64,000 nucleotides of DNA. Origin: an uncultured Anaerovibrio sp. GTDB taxonomy: Bacteria > Bacillota > Negativicutes > Selenomonadales > Selenomonadaceae. The stretch is from positions 625-64,624 of the forward strand of contig NZ_CAMYWM010000001.1 in the NCBI RefSeq assembly GCF_947302755.1, written 5' to 3'. The notes under the pieces were generated by a model. The model did not search any database and was not told the origin of the DNA. It saw only the letters and a list, made by a program, of their open reading frames with translations. The translations under genes and the position numbers were made by a program. This document shows, piece by piece, positions 1 through 9,656 of this stretch; position 1 is the first letter of the stretch, and the number at the start of each line of letters is the position of its first letter.

Positions 1-888
1 CACGGTCACAGTGACGGTCTGCTGGTAAAGGCCGGCTCCGGTCTGGCCACCTTTGGGGTGCCGGACAGCCCGGGAGTTACCCCGGGTACCGCCAATGATA
101 CCATTACCATACCATATAACGATTTTGAGGCCTTTACTGAGGTCATGGAAAAAAGCGGCAGTGAAATCGCTGCGGTTATCGTGGAGCCGGTGGCCGGTAA
201 TATGGGTCTGGTGCTGCCTAAGCCAGGGTATCTGGACTTACTGCGCAGGCTGACGGCCGAACAGGGTGCCCTGTTAATCTTCGATGAAGTAATGTGTGGC
301 TTCAGAGCCTCCCTGGGCGGTGCCCAGAAGGCCTACGCCGTCAAGCCGGATCTGACCTGTCTCGGTAAAATTATTGGTGGCGGTTTGCCGGTGGCCGCTT
401 ACGGTGGCCGGCGGGATATTATGAATTATATTGCCCCGGCTGGTCCTGTATATCAGGCCGGTACCCTGTCCGGCAATCCACTGGCCATGACGGCGGGACT
501 GGAAACCCTGAAAATTATCACCGCTGAGCCGGAGCCTGGGGAGCCGGATTATAGCCGAGTATTGACCATCAAGACCAAGAAGCTGGTGCTGGGTATTGCC
601 CAGAAGGCCAAGGAGGCCGGTGTTACCCTGCAGGTACAGCAGGCGGGCTCCATGTTTGGCTTCTTCTTTAACGACAAGGAAGTAGTGGACTACGAAACCT
701 CGGCTGCCTCCAATCAGGAGGCCTTTAAGGTGTGGTTCAGGGCCATGCTGGAGCAGGGAATTTATCTGGCCCCATCCCAGTTTGAAACCCTGTTCATGTC
801 CGGGGCCCACACTGATGAGGATATCGATAAAACCATCGAAGCCGCCGGCGTGGCCCTTAAAAAGGTTGCAGAGTTTCTGAAATACTAA
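1..888 (+). CDS. hemL: Glutamate-1-semialdehyde 2,1-aminomutase, C-terminal part (5' end lies outside the window)
   Basis: Frame 1 is open from nt 1 (HGHSDGLLVKAGSGLATFGVPDSPGV). It carries the class-III aminotransferase PLP-lysine block CLGKIIGGGLPVAAYGGRRDIM. Stop codon at 886-888. Confidence 0.9.
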   Translation, partial: HGHSDGLLVKAGSGLATFGVPDSPGVTPGTANDTITIPYNDFEAFTEVMEKSGSEIAAVIVEPVAGNMGLVLPKPGYLDLLRRLTAEQGALLIFDEVMCGFRASLGGAQKAYAVKPDLTCLGKIIGGGLPVAAYGGRRDIMNYIAPAGPVYQAGTLSGNPLAMTAGLETLKIITAEPEPGEPDYSRVLTIKTKKLVLGIAQKAKEAGVTLQVQQAGSMFGFFFNDKEVVDYETSAASNQEAFKVWFRAMLEQGIYLAPSQFETLFMSGAHTDEDIDKTIEAAGVALKKVAEFLKY

Positions 889-1078
889 TTTCAATAGGGG
901 CATTGCCTTCAGCAAGGGACTCAGGACTAAATCTATTGTTTTGCTTTTAATTAGTCAGCAAGAAAAATCCAAACTCGCTTCGCTCAAACAGTGGATGTTT
1001 TCTCGCTGTGTAAGTATGCAAAAAAATAGCTTCTTAACGTCCATCGCCCAACGCTTCAAGCAATTGCCCCTATCAGAA
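889..1078. repeat. Long imperfect-palindrome intergenic repeat, family A, copy 1
   Basis: Near-identical to 35639-35840. The outer arms ATAGGGGCATTGCC.. and ..GCAATTGCCCCTAT are mutually complementary. An inner hairpin CAGCAAGAAAAATCCA / TGGATGTTTTCTCGCTG encloses the core AAACTCGCTTCGCTCAAACA (970-989). Confidence 0.85.
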
Positions 1079-1139
1079 AGCTATAATCTAAATTTATTCA
1101 TATTCTAATCAGATTTAAATGTTTACATTGTATAAGAAA

Positions 1140-1203
1140 GGCAGGGGGATGCTGTGTTGAACATTTAACGCCGGTACGGCGTAAAGCACAGCATTATCCT
1201 GCC
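1140..1203 (+). promoter_or_regulatory. Two-tier hairpin in the 5' leader of the 1234 CDS, function unknown
   Basis: Outer stem GGCAGGgggATGCTGTG (1140-1156) pairs with CACAGCATtatCCTGCC (1187-1203). Inner stem is ACGCCGgtaCGGCGT (1168-1182). No U-tract follows. It sits about 30 nt upstream of the start codon. Confidence 0.3.
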
Positions 1204-1233
1204 GTTATCACTGCATGTAGGAGGATTTTTGAA

Positions 1234-2163
1234 ATGCTTAAGAAATTATTCAGTATCTTTTTAAGCACGGTGTTCCTGGTGTCTTCATTGGGGACGGCGG
1301 CCGCGGCGGTGCCGAATACCGCCAACGGCAAGCTGGGAGCCGTGGAGATTGCCACCTATGGCCAGGAGCAGACCGGGGCCATCGTTCAGCGCATCGAAAA
1401 GCTGGAAAAGGATTTTGGTGGTACCACGAAAAAGGGGGCCATGATGGATCGCATTAACAGCCTCTACGATGAAGCCTTTGACAATTCCACCAGCCCGTCC
1501 CTGATTACTCAGCTCAACGCTCTAGAATGGACCATTTCCCATAAGGTGAGTATGGACTCCATTCAAAAGCGGGTCAACGACATGGAACTGCAGATCAACG
1601 GCAATAATTCCGATGACTCCATCAAGACGCGCATTGAGAGCTTGTCTACCTTCGCCTTTGGCAGTACCACCATTCCACTGACTCAGGTAAACGTACCGGC
1701 AAACACCCTGGTAAAGATTTCTCTGGTAACTCCAATTAATGCCAAGGAATTAAAAAAGGGTGACATTATAAAGTTCAAGGCAGCAGAGGACGTTATTGAA
1801 AATGACATGCTTCTTATAACGGCTGGCGCCCTGGGCGAAGGTGAAGTTACCGATGTATCCCAGGCCCAGAACTTCGGGCGCGACGCCAAAATCAACATTG
1901 ACTTCAAGGAAATGGAGGCCGTGGACGGTACCAGGGTTGATATGACCCTGGGTGAGGAAGCCAAGGCAAGCATGGAGCAGATGGGTATGGCAGCCGGTGC
2001 CAGCCTGGCCGGCATGCTTATCCTCGGTCCAATCGGTATCATTGGCGGTGCCTTTGTAAAGGGCAAAAATGTCAACCTGCCTGAGGGCACCGACTTGTAT
2101 CTGCAAACAGAAAAGGCTTGCACCGTATACGCCATTCCAACCACCAGCACAGAGCAGTTTTAA
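1234..2163 (+). CDS. Secreted or membrane-anchored protein of unknown function with internal repeats
   Basis: AGGAGG at 1219-1224 precedes the ATG. The N-terminus looks like a signal peptide (MLKKLFSIFLSTVFLVSSLGTAAAA). Four segments of the type I-x-x-R-I-x-x-L recur. A Gly-rich hydrophobic segment (GMAAGASLAGMLILGPIGIIGGAF) lies near the C-terminus. No family recognised. Confidence 0.6.
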   Translation: MLKKLFSIFLSTVFLVSSLGTAAAAVPNTANGKLGAVEIATYGQEQTGAIVQRIEKLEKDFGGTTKKGAMMDRINSLYDEAFDNSTSPSLITQLNALEWTISHKVSMDSIQKRVNDMELQINGNNSDDSIKTRIESLSTFAFGSTTIPLTQVNVPANTLVKISLVTPINAKELKKGDIIKFKAAEDVIENDMLLITAGALGEGEVTDVSQAQNFGRDAKINIDFKEMEAVDGTRVDMTLGEEAKASMEQMGMAAGASLAGMLILGPIGIIGGAFVKGKNVNLPEGTDLYLQTEKACTVYAIPTTSTEQF

Positions 2164-2183
2164 TTGAACACAGAAACAATCTG

Positions 2184-2227
2184 GCCTCCTCCGATGGAGA
2201 ATATTACAATCGGGGGAGGCTTTTCTT
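2184..2227 (+). terminator. Rho-independent terminator
   Basis: Stem GCCTCCTCCGAT...ATCGGGGGAGGC followed by TTTTCTT. Confidence 0.7.
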
Positions 2228-2317
2228 GTGTTATACAGTTAAAAGGAGTATCATATAGTAGAGTATGTATGCAATTAAGGGCGACAGCCAATTGATTAGA
2301 TAGGGGAAAACAATTTG

Positions 2318-3853
2318 ATGAAGAACAATACCAAAGCACTGCTTTGTGCCGGAATGCTGGTGACCATCATGGTTCTGCCGGGAGTGGGGACGGCAGCCCA
2401 ATACAACTCCAGTACTGATACTAATGCAAATGTGCTGGATTATCTGGAAAATAATCGGCGTGCGGCGCGGGAGAATGCTCTGACCGATGAACAGCAGCAG
2501 CTGGTGCAGGATGCCCTGGAAATGAGCAGAAACCTGCGTGATCCACTGGATCCCACCAAAAATGTTCCGGTGGCCCTGGAAGGGGATGAGCTGTTTTACG
2601 ATCAGCGTAATGGTGATTTTTACGCTGTCGGTCAGGTTAATATTACCTCCATGGATGCCCAGCGGTTTAAGACTGAGGAAATAAAAGGAAACCTTCAAAA
2701 CACGGAGATAAATGTACCGGGGAAGGGTCATATGGTACAAATGACCCCGCAGCAGGCCAAAATAATTATGGATGGGTACAGAATCCAATACAATTATGGC
2801 AAAAAAACCGGCAGCATGGAGGATGTCAGTGGCAAGATTGACCACGAATACATTAAGGGAAAGCGCATTGAATTGTACCCGGACAAGATTTTGGTCTTTG
2901 ACGGCTATATAACCAAGTGCTCGGCTGTTCACCCGGATTATCGTACCTCTGCCGCCATGGTTGAGGTATATCCAGGGGATAAAATGATTTGCCATGATTT
3001 GAAGTTTTGGCTGGGGGATACCCCCATTTATTCCGCCAAGAAGAAGACCTTTAGGTTGGACCGGGACGATAGCCAGATGGATTTGCCACGGGTGGGCTAT
3101 AATCCGGATGATGGATGGTGGATACGCAAGAACTTTACTAAGGATTTAAATAAAAATCTGTATTTAACAGGTGATGTGATTTATACGGGGAAGCATGGCT
3201 TTCATAGCAATGGTGGCCTTGTATACATCAACAGTCTAGGGAAATTTGAGTTGCTAACTGGATACTATGAGAGCAGTAACAATAAGTGGATAAAGAAGGC
3301 TCCATCCTTCCGGTATAGCAAATCCATACCCTTGGGGGACTCACCTTTTACGGTAAATTTGAGGTATGAACGGGGGCATTGGAGCCAGGATAATATTCAC
3401 AGTATGCACACCTTTTACGAGGCTACCTTGAAGCATAAGCCAATCGATTTGGGCGGTAATCACAAGTTGGATTTGAGTACCAGTTATTCTGTTACAGACG
3501 AAAGTTATAATCATTCCCGGATAAAGGGCCTTGGCTATGCGGCTCTGCTGTGGCGGGATGTGGATCCACGGTGGTCGTATTACACCAGGTACAGCTATAC
3601 CCAGGCCAACAGCAAGAATTCCGTATTCGATTACGATCTGGACAGCTATTCCCGGAAATTATCGGCGGGCTTCAGCTATAAGTTCAATGACCATGATCGG
3701 GTGGTTGTGGGTACGGCCTTTAATATGAATAACTACCATTTGGCGGATATGGACTTGTATTGGTTCCACGAGTTCCATTGCCTCCAGCTGATTTCCCGTT
3801 ATCGGGTAAAGCGGCATCAGGTTAACTTTACATTACAGTTTAATCCGTGGTGA
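2318..3853 (+). CDS. LptD/OstA-like outer-membrane beta-barrel protein
   Basis: Signal peptide (MKNNTKALLCAGMLVTIMVLPGVGTAAQ). OstA-like N-terminal pattern (LEGDELFYDQRNGDFYAVGQVNI). The segment ITKCSAVHPDYRTSAAMVEV..DLKFWLGDTPIYS resembles the LptD T-T-C..P-W core. Aromatic-rich alternating strands end in the OMP-type C-terminus LQFNPW. The gene sits directly upstream of heptose genes. Confidence 0.5.
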   Translation: MKNNTKALLCAGMLVTIMVLPGVGTAAQYNSSTDTNANVLDYLENNRRAARENALTDEQQQLVQDALEMSRNLRDPLDPTKNVPVALEGDELFYDQRNGDFYAVGQVNITSMDAQRFKTEEIKGNLQNTEINVPGKGHMVQMTPQQAKIIMDGYRIQYNYGKKTGSMEDVSGKIDHEYIKGKRIELYPDKILVFDGYITKCSAVHPDYRTSAAMVEVYPGDKMICHDLKFWLGDTPIYSAKKKTFRLDRDDSQMDLPRVGYNPDDGWWIRKNFTKDLNKNLYLTGDVIYTGKHGFHSNGGLVYINSLGKFELLTGYYESSNNKWIKKAPSFRYSKSIPLGDSPFTVNLRYERGHWSQDNIHSMHTFYEATLKHKPIDLGGNHKLDLSTSYSVTDESYNHSRIKGLGYAALLWRDVDPRWSYYTRYSYTQANSKNSVFDYDLDSYSRKLSAGFSYKFNDHDRVVVGTAFNMNNYHLADMDLYWFHEFHCLQLISRYRVKRHQVNFTLQFNPW

Positions 3854-4857
3854 TAAATGTGGATAAAGAGTTATTATTGAACGTAATAGACAAAATGCAT
3901 GGCAGTGAGGTCCTGGTAATCGGCGATATGATTGCTGATATCTACCTTGAGGGTACCATTTCCCGCATTTCCCGAGAAGCACCTGTATTGGTGCTGGAGC
4001 AGGCTGCTGAAAAGGTGGTGGCCGGTGGTGCGGCTAATGTGGTGAATAATGCGGCAACCCTTGGCGGTAATGTTCACGCCGCAGGCCTCTTGGGCGATGA
4101 CAGTGGTGCCAAGGGACTTACGGAGATTCTTAAAGGCCGCGGGGTGGATGTGGCTGGATTTATAAAGGATACCAGCCGGGACACCATTTCCAAAACCCGG
4201 GTTATTGCCGGGGGACGCACTACCGTGAGCCAGCAGATTGTCCGCATTGATAAGGAATCCAAGGAACCCATGTCCTCAGAGCATGAGTCCGTTATGTCCC
4301 GGTATTTGGCGGAGGTCTTGCCCAAGGTTAAGGGAGTCGTCCTCAGCGATTATGGCAGTGGTACTATTACGGAGAAGCTGAAAAATCAGATTTTTGACTA
4401 TTGTCATCAGAATGATATCCCTACCATTGTGGATTCCCGTTATGATATTCTTCGCTTTAAAACCGTAGATTTTATAAAGCAAAATGATGCGGAGCTGGCT
4501 AACGCCGTGGGGCGCACTCTCCATAATGAGGAGGAGCTTGTAGCGGCCGGCAAGGAGCTGCTGAAAAACCTGGAAGCCAAGGGAGCCCTTATTACCCGGG
4601 GTGAACAGGGCATGACCCTGTTTATGGCTGACGGCAGTGTGGAACATATTCCAGTTTCCGATAAGAGCGAGGTTTTTGATGTTTCCGGTGCCGGCGATAC
4701 CTGTGTAGCTACGGTTATATTGGCCTTGGCAGCAGGAGTGGAGCCATTGACTGCCGCTACCCTGTCCAATATAGCCTCCGGGATTGCCGTAAGGAAAATG
4801 GGTACTTCTACCGTAAGTGCCCAAGAGCTTAAAGATTATATTACGAAACATATGTAA
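3847..4857 (+). CDS. hldA: D-glycero-beta-D-manno-heptose-7-phosphate kinase (RfaE domain I type, pfkB family)
   Basis: Motifs VLVIGDMIADIYLEG..SREAPV, GGAANV, and the C-terminal VFDVSGAGDT anion-hole motif. Immediately followed by the adenylyltransferase gene. Confidence 0.75.
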   Translation: MVINVDKELLLNVIDKMHGSEVLVIGDMIADIYLEGTISRISREAPVLVLEQAAEKVVAGGAANVVNNAATLGGNVHAAGLLGDDSGAKGLTEILKGRGVDVAGFIKDTSRDTISKTRVIAGGRTTVSQQIVRIDKESKEPMSSEHESVMSRYLAEVLPKVKGVVLSDYGSGTITEKLKNQIFDYCHQNDIPTIVDSRYDILRFKTVDFIKQNDAELANAVGRTLHNEEELVAAGKELLKNLEAKGALITRGEQGMTLFMADGSVEHIPVSDKSEVFDVSGAGDTCVATVILALAAGVEPLTAATLSNIASGIAVRKMGTSTVSAQELKDYITKHM

Positions 4858-4887
4858 GGGATACTCCCTTACTTAAAGGTATTTATT

Positions 4888-5364
4888 ATGCTGATAGATG
4901 GTTCAAAAATAGCAGATTTTTGTAAGGTCCTGCGGGAGGGCGGCCAGAAGGTGGTATTTACCAATGGCTGCTTCGATATTCTTCACGCAGGTCATGTGAG
5001 ATATTTGAAAAAGGCCCGTTCCTTTGGGGACTGCCTGGTGCTGGGCCTTAACAGTGATGCGTCAGTGCGGCGTATCAAGGGGTCCACCCGGCCCATTAAC
5101 TGCGAGGCGGACCGGGCGGAGGTGGCCGATGCCCTGGCCTGTGTTGATTATGTGGTAATATTTGACGAGCCAACGGCGGAGGAGCTTATTACCAAGGTCC
5201 ATCCCGATGTTTATGTTAAGGGTGGGGATTATACCCTGGAAACCCTGCCAGAGGGCCGAATCGTCAAGGCATATGGGGGCGAGGTGGAGCTGGTGTCCCT
5301 GGTGGAGGGCCGGTCTACCACCAATATTATTAAGAAAATTCAGGCAGGTGACAGCAATGGCTAA
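4888..5364 (+). CDS. hldC: D-glycero-beta-D-manno-heptose-1-phosphate adenylyltransferase (RfaE domain II type)
   Basis: Cytidylyltransferase fold motif FTNGCFDILHAGHVRYL (HxGH) and the C-terminal RSTTNII. Confidence 0.85.
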   Translation: MLIDGSKIADFCKVLREGGQKVVFTNGCFDILHAGHVRYLKKARSFGDCLVLGLNSDASVRRIKGSTRPINCEADRAEVADALACVDYVVIFDEPTAEELITKVHPDVYVKGGDYTLETLPEGRIVKAYGGEVELVSLVEGRSTTNIIKKIQAGDSNG

Positions 5365-6382
5365 TATAAAAAGTGTTCTTGTAGTAAAGCTTAGTGCCAT
5401 TGGGGATGTGATTCATGCCCTGCCTGTTTCATACGCCATCAAGGAAACCTATCCGGATGCAAAAATCACCTGGGTAGTGGAGCCGCCGGCTTACGACTTA
5501 TTAAAGGACAACCCGTATATAGACAAGATAATTGTTTTTGAAAAGAAGAAATTTAAGTCCTTTAAGGGCTTTTTGAAAAATTACGGACCATTTTCCAAGA
5601 TAATCAGGGCAGAGCGTTATGATGCTTCCTTGGATTTACAGGGCCTCTTTAAGTCCGCAGCAATTGTGTGGAATGCCAAGGCCCGTCTTCGTCTTGGCAC
5701 CTGCAACATGCGGGAAATGTCCCACAAAATTAGTCGTCCGGTAGCTGGTCCTAATTCCAATGGTCACATTGTGGAGCGTTACCTGGACGTGGCCAGGGCT
5801 TTGGGATGTAAAGTGAAAAATGTGGTATTTCCCATGGAAATCACAGAGCGTGACCGTATAGGGGCTGAAGGAGCCATGCAGCAGGCGGGAGCCCGTATGG
5901 AGAATCCCTATGTAGTGCTGGCTGTGGGAGCCAACTGGCCTAACAAGCGGTGGCCAACCAGATACTATGCCCAGCTGTCTGACTGGCTTTATGGTATGAA
6001 AATTATTCCGGTTATTATCGGTGGTGGTGTTTTGGACAGCACCTTGGCGGCAGATATTGAAGCAGCAGCAGAAATCCCACCAATTAATTTGGTTGGCAAG
6101 ACCTCGTTAAAGCAGCTGGCCTATATTATTCAACAGTCTCAGGCAGTAATTGGTGGCGATACCGGTCCGGTTCACCTTTCCGCAGGCCTCGGAAGGCCAA
6201 CGGTAATGGTGATGGGTCCTACTGATGCCAACCGTAATGGTCCATATGGGCAGCTGGAAAATGCCATTGAGGCCAATCGTCCATGCAAATATTGCTGGAA
6301 ACGGGCTTGTCCTAAGGGACTGGAATGCTTATCGGTAATTCACCCGAAGGAAGTGGAAAACAAGCTAAAGAATCTATTGTGA
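5357..6382 (+). CDS. ADP-heptose:LPS heptosyltransferase (GT9), copy 1
   Basis: N-terminus MANIKSVLVVKLSAIGDVIHALP and C-terminal GGDTGPVHLSAGLGRPTVMVMGPTD. The internal ATG at 5357 was chosen because the 5162 extension only shadows hldC in another frame. Confidence 0.85.
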   Translation: MANIKSVLVVKLSAIGDVIHALPVSYAIKETYPDAKITWVVEPPAYDLLKDNPYIDKIIVFEKKKFKSFKGFLKNYGPFSKIIRAERYDASLDLQGLFKSAAIVWNAKARLRLGTCNMREMSHKISRPVAGPNSNGHIVERYLDVARALGCKVKNVVFPMEITERDRIGAEGAMQQAGARMENPYVVLAVGANWPNKRWPTRYYAQLSDWLYGMKIIPVIIGGGVLDSTLAADIEAAAEIPPINLVGKTSLKQLAYIIQQSQAVIGGDTGPVHLSAGLGRPTVMVMGPTDANRNGPYGQLENAIEANRPCKYCWKRACPKGLECLSVIHPKEVENKLKNLL

Positions 6383-6451
6383 ATTTTGGCTCTCTTGAGG
6401 AAACTGTCTGCCCTGCAGACTGAGGGGGGTATACCTATCTGAAAGGTCAAT

Positions 6452-7480
6452 ATGGATATAAATAAGTTAAAAATTAAAAGAATACTAATAATAGATTTAG
6501 CCTTTATTGGCGATGTGATTTTGGCTACGCCGGTTACCCGGGCGGTGAAGGCCAGGTGGCCAGAGGCGGAGCTTACCATGCTGACGGTTCCCTTTACCGA
6601 AGCCGTGGCCAAAATGAACCCCTACGTGGATAAAACCCTGGTCTATGACAAGCGGGGAAGACACAAGGGCTTGTCCGGGATGTGGCAAATGGCCAAAAGC
6701 CTTAAAAAATACAAATTTGATTTGGCCATTTGTATGAATTTTGCCCTTCGTGGTGCTGTGGTAGCCTGGCTGGCCCGGATTCCATATAGATTAGGCTATG
6801 ACGCTCAGCACGCCAGCTTCTTTTTGACCTGGGCTGTCAGCCATATAAGGGAGGGCATCAAGCATGAAACGGAAAATCACTTGGAAATACTGAAGCCCTT
6901 TGGTTTTTCCACGGAGGACACCTCCATAAAGCTGGAGCCGACCGCTGAGGCAATTTTATCCATGGAAGAAAAATATAAAAATTATGGTATAAAAAAAAGC
7001 AAGTATTATGTAGTATGCCCCATAGGAAGTTATGAGCGTAAAAATATGCCCATTAATATAGTTTCATATCTTATTAAGGAGCTTAAAAACACCTATCCGG
7101 TGTATTTTATTGGAGGCACAAGGGAGAAAACAGAGCTTATTGGTTATGCTCAGGCCGTACAGTTATCTGAGACTCATGTTTTTGCCGGCACATTTAACTT
7201 ACAGGAATTGGCAGTATTTATAAAAAATGCTGCTGGAATGGCTACTGTAGATACTGGTCCAATGCACATAGCCCAGGCTGTGAATTGTCCAACAATAGCT
7301 GTTTTTGGTCCAACGGATCCCATAGTGTGGGGGCCACGAAATGAAAACAGTTGTTATATCTACACTAATGAGGCGTGTTCTCCGTGCTGGGGAAAGGGCG
7401 AGTGTAAGGATAATGTTTGCATAAAAAAAATTAAGGCAAAGGACTTATATGAAAAGCTACGACAATATTCTGGTCATTAA
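6452..7480 (+). CDS. ADP-heptose:LPS heptosyltransferase (GT9), copy 2
   Basis: Motifs ILIIDLAFIGDVILATP and VDTGPMHIAQAVNCPTIAVFGPTD. Confidence 0.85.
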   Translation: MDINKLKIKRILIIDLAFIGDVILATPVTRAVKARWPEAELTMLTVPFTEAVAKMNPYVDKTLVYDKRGRHKGLSGMWQMAKSLKKYKFDLAICMNFALRGAVVAWLARIPYRLGYDAQHASFFLTWAVSHIREGIKHETENHLEILKPFGFSTEDTSIKLEPTAEAILSMEEKYKNYGIKKSKYYVVCPIGSYERKNMPINIVSYLIKELKNTYPVYFIGGTREKTELIGYAQAVQLSETHVFAGTFNLQELAVFIKNAAGMATVDTGPMHIAQAVNCPTIAVFGPTDPIVWGPRNENSCYIYTNEACSPCWGKGECKDNVCIKKIKAKDLYEKLRQYSGH

Positions 7481-8627
7481 TCTCATGCACATTGGGGATT
7501 TAATGCTGACTACACCGGTATTGAGAACCATGAGGTCCAATTATCCCCAGTCACGAATAACCCTGTTGGCGGATAAAAAGCTGGCGGATTTGGTGATTAA
7601 TAATAAGTGGATTAATGAATGCTTATTGATAGACAAAAAGGGGGCCGATAATTCACTGCCGGCCTTAATAAAATTCATTGGCAGAGTCCGTGAGAAAAAA
7701 TACGATTTGGTGATAAACCTCCACCGGAACGAACGGGCCTCGGCCATAGCGGCCTTTAGCGGGGCTAAGACCATCGTAGGCTACAGCAAGCCCGTCTTTT
7801 CCCTGTGGTTTACCGAGGTGAGAAATAATCCCTCCATAGCTCATCACATCGGTTGGGGGCCTCTGCATTTGCTTCCCCCATATAAATATGTACCGGGCTG
7901 GGAGCATCAGGTTCACGCTCATCTAAACCTGTTAAAGGAAACCCTGAACATAGATAAAATCGATGATGGGGGCCTGGAAATGTGGATCGATGAGCAGACT
8001 ACAGCCAGGGCAGAGCAGCTTTGGCAGGACAGCTTTCCTCCGGGAGTCAGGGTGGTGGCCTTCAATATTGGGGCCAGCTGGATTACCAAGCGGTGGCTGG
8101 ACAGCTATTTTGCCCAATGCGGTGATACGCTTATTGACAGGGGCTATGGCGTAGCCTTCTTTGGTGGGCCAATGGATGATGAAATAGTCCAGAGCTGTAT
8201 CAGCCTTATGAAGCATAGGGACAGTAAGCTTATCAAGGTATTTACCGGCAAATTGTCCCTGGGGGAATTGGGGGCCATGCTGAAAAAATGCGCCCTGATG
8301 CTGACCACCGACTCCGGGCCCATGCATGTGGGGGTATCCCAAAATGTGCCGATTGTAACCATGTTTGGGGCCTCCCCGGTGCCGGGCTTTTATCCCTATG
8401 ATGCCAAGGATGTGCTTATAAAGAGCCCGGAGCCATGTCATCCATGTGGCATTCATCGATGTCCACATGAGGGGGAGCAAAATCTGGCCTGCATGAAGCA
8501 TATTACCGTTGATATAGTGATGAAATACGTGTGGGAGCTGCTGGAAAAATACGAAGCTCAGGCCGGAAACGTGCCTAGAGAATACGGTGCTTACCAGTGC
8601 CGTGTGATAGATGTAGCAAAAGGGTAG
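7449..8627 (+). CDS. ADP-heptose:LPS heptosyltransferase (GT9), copy 3, with an internal insertion
   Basis: Motifs ILVINLMHIGDLMLTTP and TTDSGPMHVGVSQNVPIVTMFG. The start overlaps the previous gene by 32 nt. Confidence 0.8.
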   Translation: MKSYDNILVINLMHIGDLMLTTPVLRTMRSNYPQSRITLLADKKLADLVINNKWINECLLIDKKGADNSLPALIKFIGRVREKKYDLVINLHRNERASAIAAFSGAKTIVGYSKPVFSLWFTEVRNNPSIAHHIGWGPLHLLPPYKYVPGWEHQVHAHLNLLKETLNIDKIDDGGLEMWIDEQTTARAEQLWQDSFPPGVRVVAFNIGASWITKRWLDSYFAQCGDTLIDRGYGVAFFGGPMDDEIVQSCISLMKHRDSKLIKVFTGKLSLGELGAMLKKCALMLTTDSGPMHVGVSQNVPIVTMFGASPVPGFYPYDAKDVLIKSPEPCHPCGIHRCPHEGEQNLACMKHITVDIVMKYVWELLEKYEAQAGNVPREYGAYQCRVIDVAKG

Positions 8628-8645
8628 TAAGGAGGAAATAGTATC

Positions 8646-9653
8646 ATGACCGCAAGCAAGGATAGATTAAAGGAATTTGTGACCTCAGGCATGTCCAAGG
8701 TACATCTTTTGGTGGTGGGGGATGTAATGCTGGATAAGTATTACTATGGCGAGGTAACCAGGATATCCCCGGAGGCTCCGGTTCCCATTACTCGGGTGGT
8801 GGAGACCAAGGATACCATGGGCGGTGCCGCCAACGTAGCCCACAACCTGGCCCTGCTGGGGTGTAAGACATCTATTGCCGGATTTGTGGGGGATGATTAT
8901 CACTGTCAGACCCTGGTGGATAAATTTATATCCCGGGGGATTGATTACAAGGGGATTATTTATCGTGAGGAACCGACTACCACCAAGCTGAGGGTAATTG
9001 GCGGCCATCAGCAGATGCTGCGCCTTGATTTTGAGGATACGGAGCCGGTGAAGCCACTGTATGCCAATCGTCTGTTAAATTATGTGGAGCAGGCATTGGA
9101 GGAATTCGATGCTGTTATTATCTCCGATTACGGCAAGGGAGCCTGTACGCCGGAGGTGTGCACCAGTATTATTGAAATGTGCAATAATGCCAATATTCCT
9201 GTACTGGTGGATCCGAAGGGCCGGGAATGGCAGAAATACACCAACGCGGATTTTATCACCCCAAATGTAAAGGAAATCAATGAAATTTTGGAAAAACCGA
9301 TTAAGAACCGGGATGAGGCAGTACAGCAGGCTGCTACCTACATTATGAGCAGGTTTAAAATCAAGAATGTACTGGCCACCCGTTCTGAATGCGGTATGTC
9401 AATGGTGAGTCCAACCGATGCCGTTCATATCCCGACCAAGTCTCAGGAGGTTTTTGATGTATCCGGTGCCGGTGATACGGTAATTGCCGTATTTGCTCTG
9501 GGTATTGCCGGCGGACTTATTCCCCGGGAGGCAGCTTATTTGGCAAATCTGGCAGCCAGCGTAGTGGTGGCCAAGCTGGGGACCTATGCGGTGAGCAAGG
9601 ATGAATTGGAAAATGTACTTTTGCAGAGCATCAGGGCTGAGGAGGAAAAATAA
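8646..9653 (+). CDS. Second RfaE-domain-I-type sugar kinase (pfkB family), paralog of 3847-4857
   Basis: Motifs HLLVVGDVMLDKYYYGEVTRISPEAPVP, GGAANVAHN, VFDVSGAGDT. Confidence 0.75.
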   Translation: MTASKDRLKEFVTSGMSKVHLLVVGDVMLDKYYYGEVTRISPEAPVPITRVVETKDTMGGAANVAHNLALLGCKTSIAGFVGDDYHCQTLVDKFISRGIDYKGIIYREEPTTTKLRVIGGHQQMLRLDFEDTEPVKPLYANRLLNYVEQALEEFDAVIISDYGKGACTPEVCTSIIEMCNNANIPVLVDPKGREWQKYTNADFITPNVKEINEILEKPIKNRDEAVQQAATYIMSRFKIKNVLATRSECGMSMVSPTDAVHIPTKSQEVFDVSGAGDTVIAVFALGIAGGLIPREAAYLANLAASVVVAKLGTYAVSKDELENVLLQSIRAEEEK

Positions 9654-9656
9654 CCC

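Noticed and set aside
274-915. Long minus-strand ORFs throughout the window (for example 274-915, 2231-2995, 9399-10046, 34970-35596, 37946-38527, 39227-39973).
   Set aside because: Each lies antisense to a + strand gene with strong family motifs (hemL, the LptD-like gene, hldD, est, rnr, pfkA). Their translations are low-complexity with no recognisable motifs. They are typical shadow ORFs in GC-richer coding DNA.
5162-5356. N-terminal extensions offered by the ORF track (5162, 21251, 44200, 47293, 58643, 61381, 34814, 42200).
   Set aside because: The extensions overlap the preceding gene in another frame and translate to Cys/Arg/Trp-rich nonsense. Internal ATGs that give canonical family N-termini were used instead.
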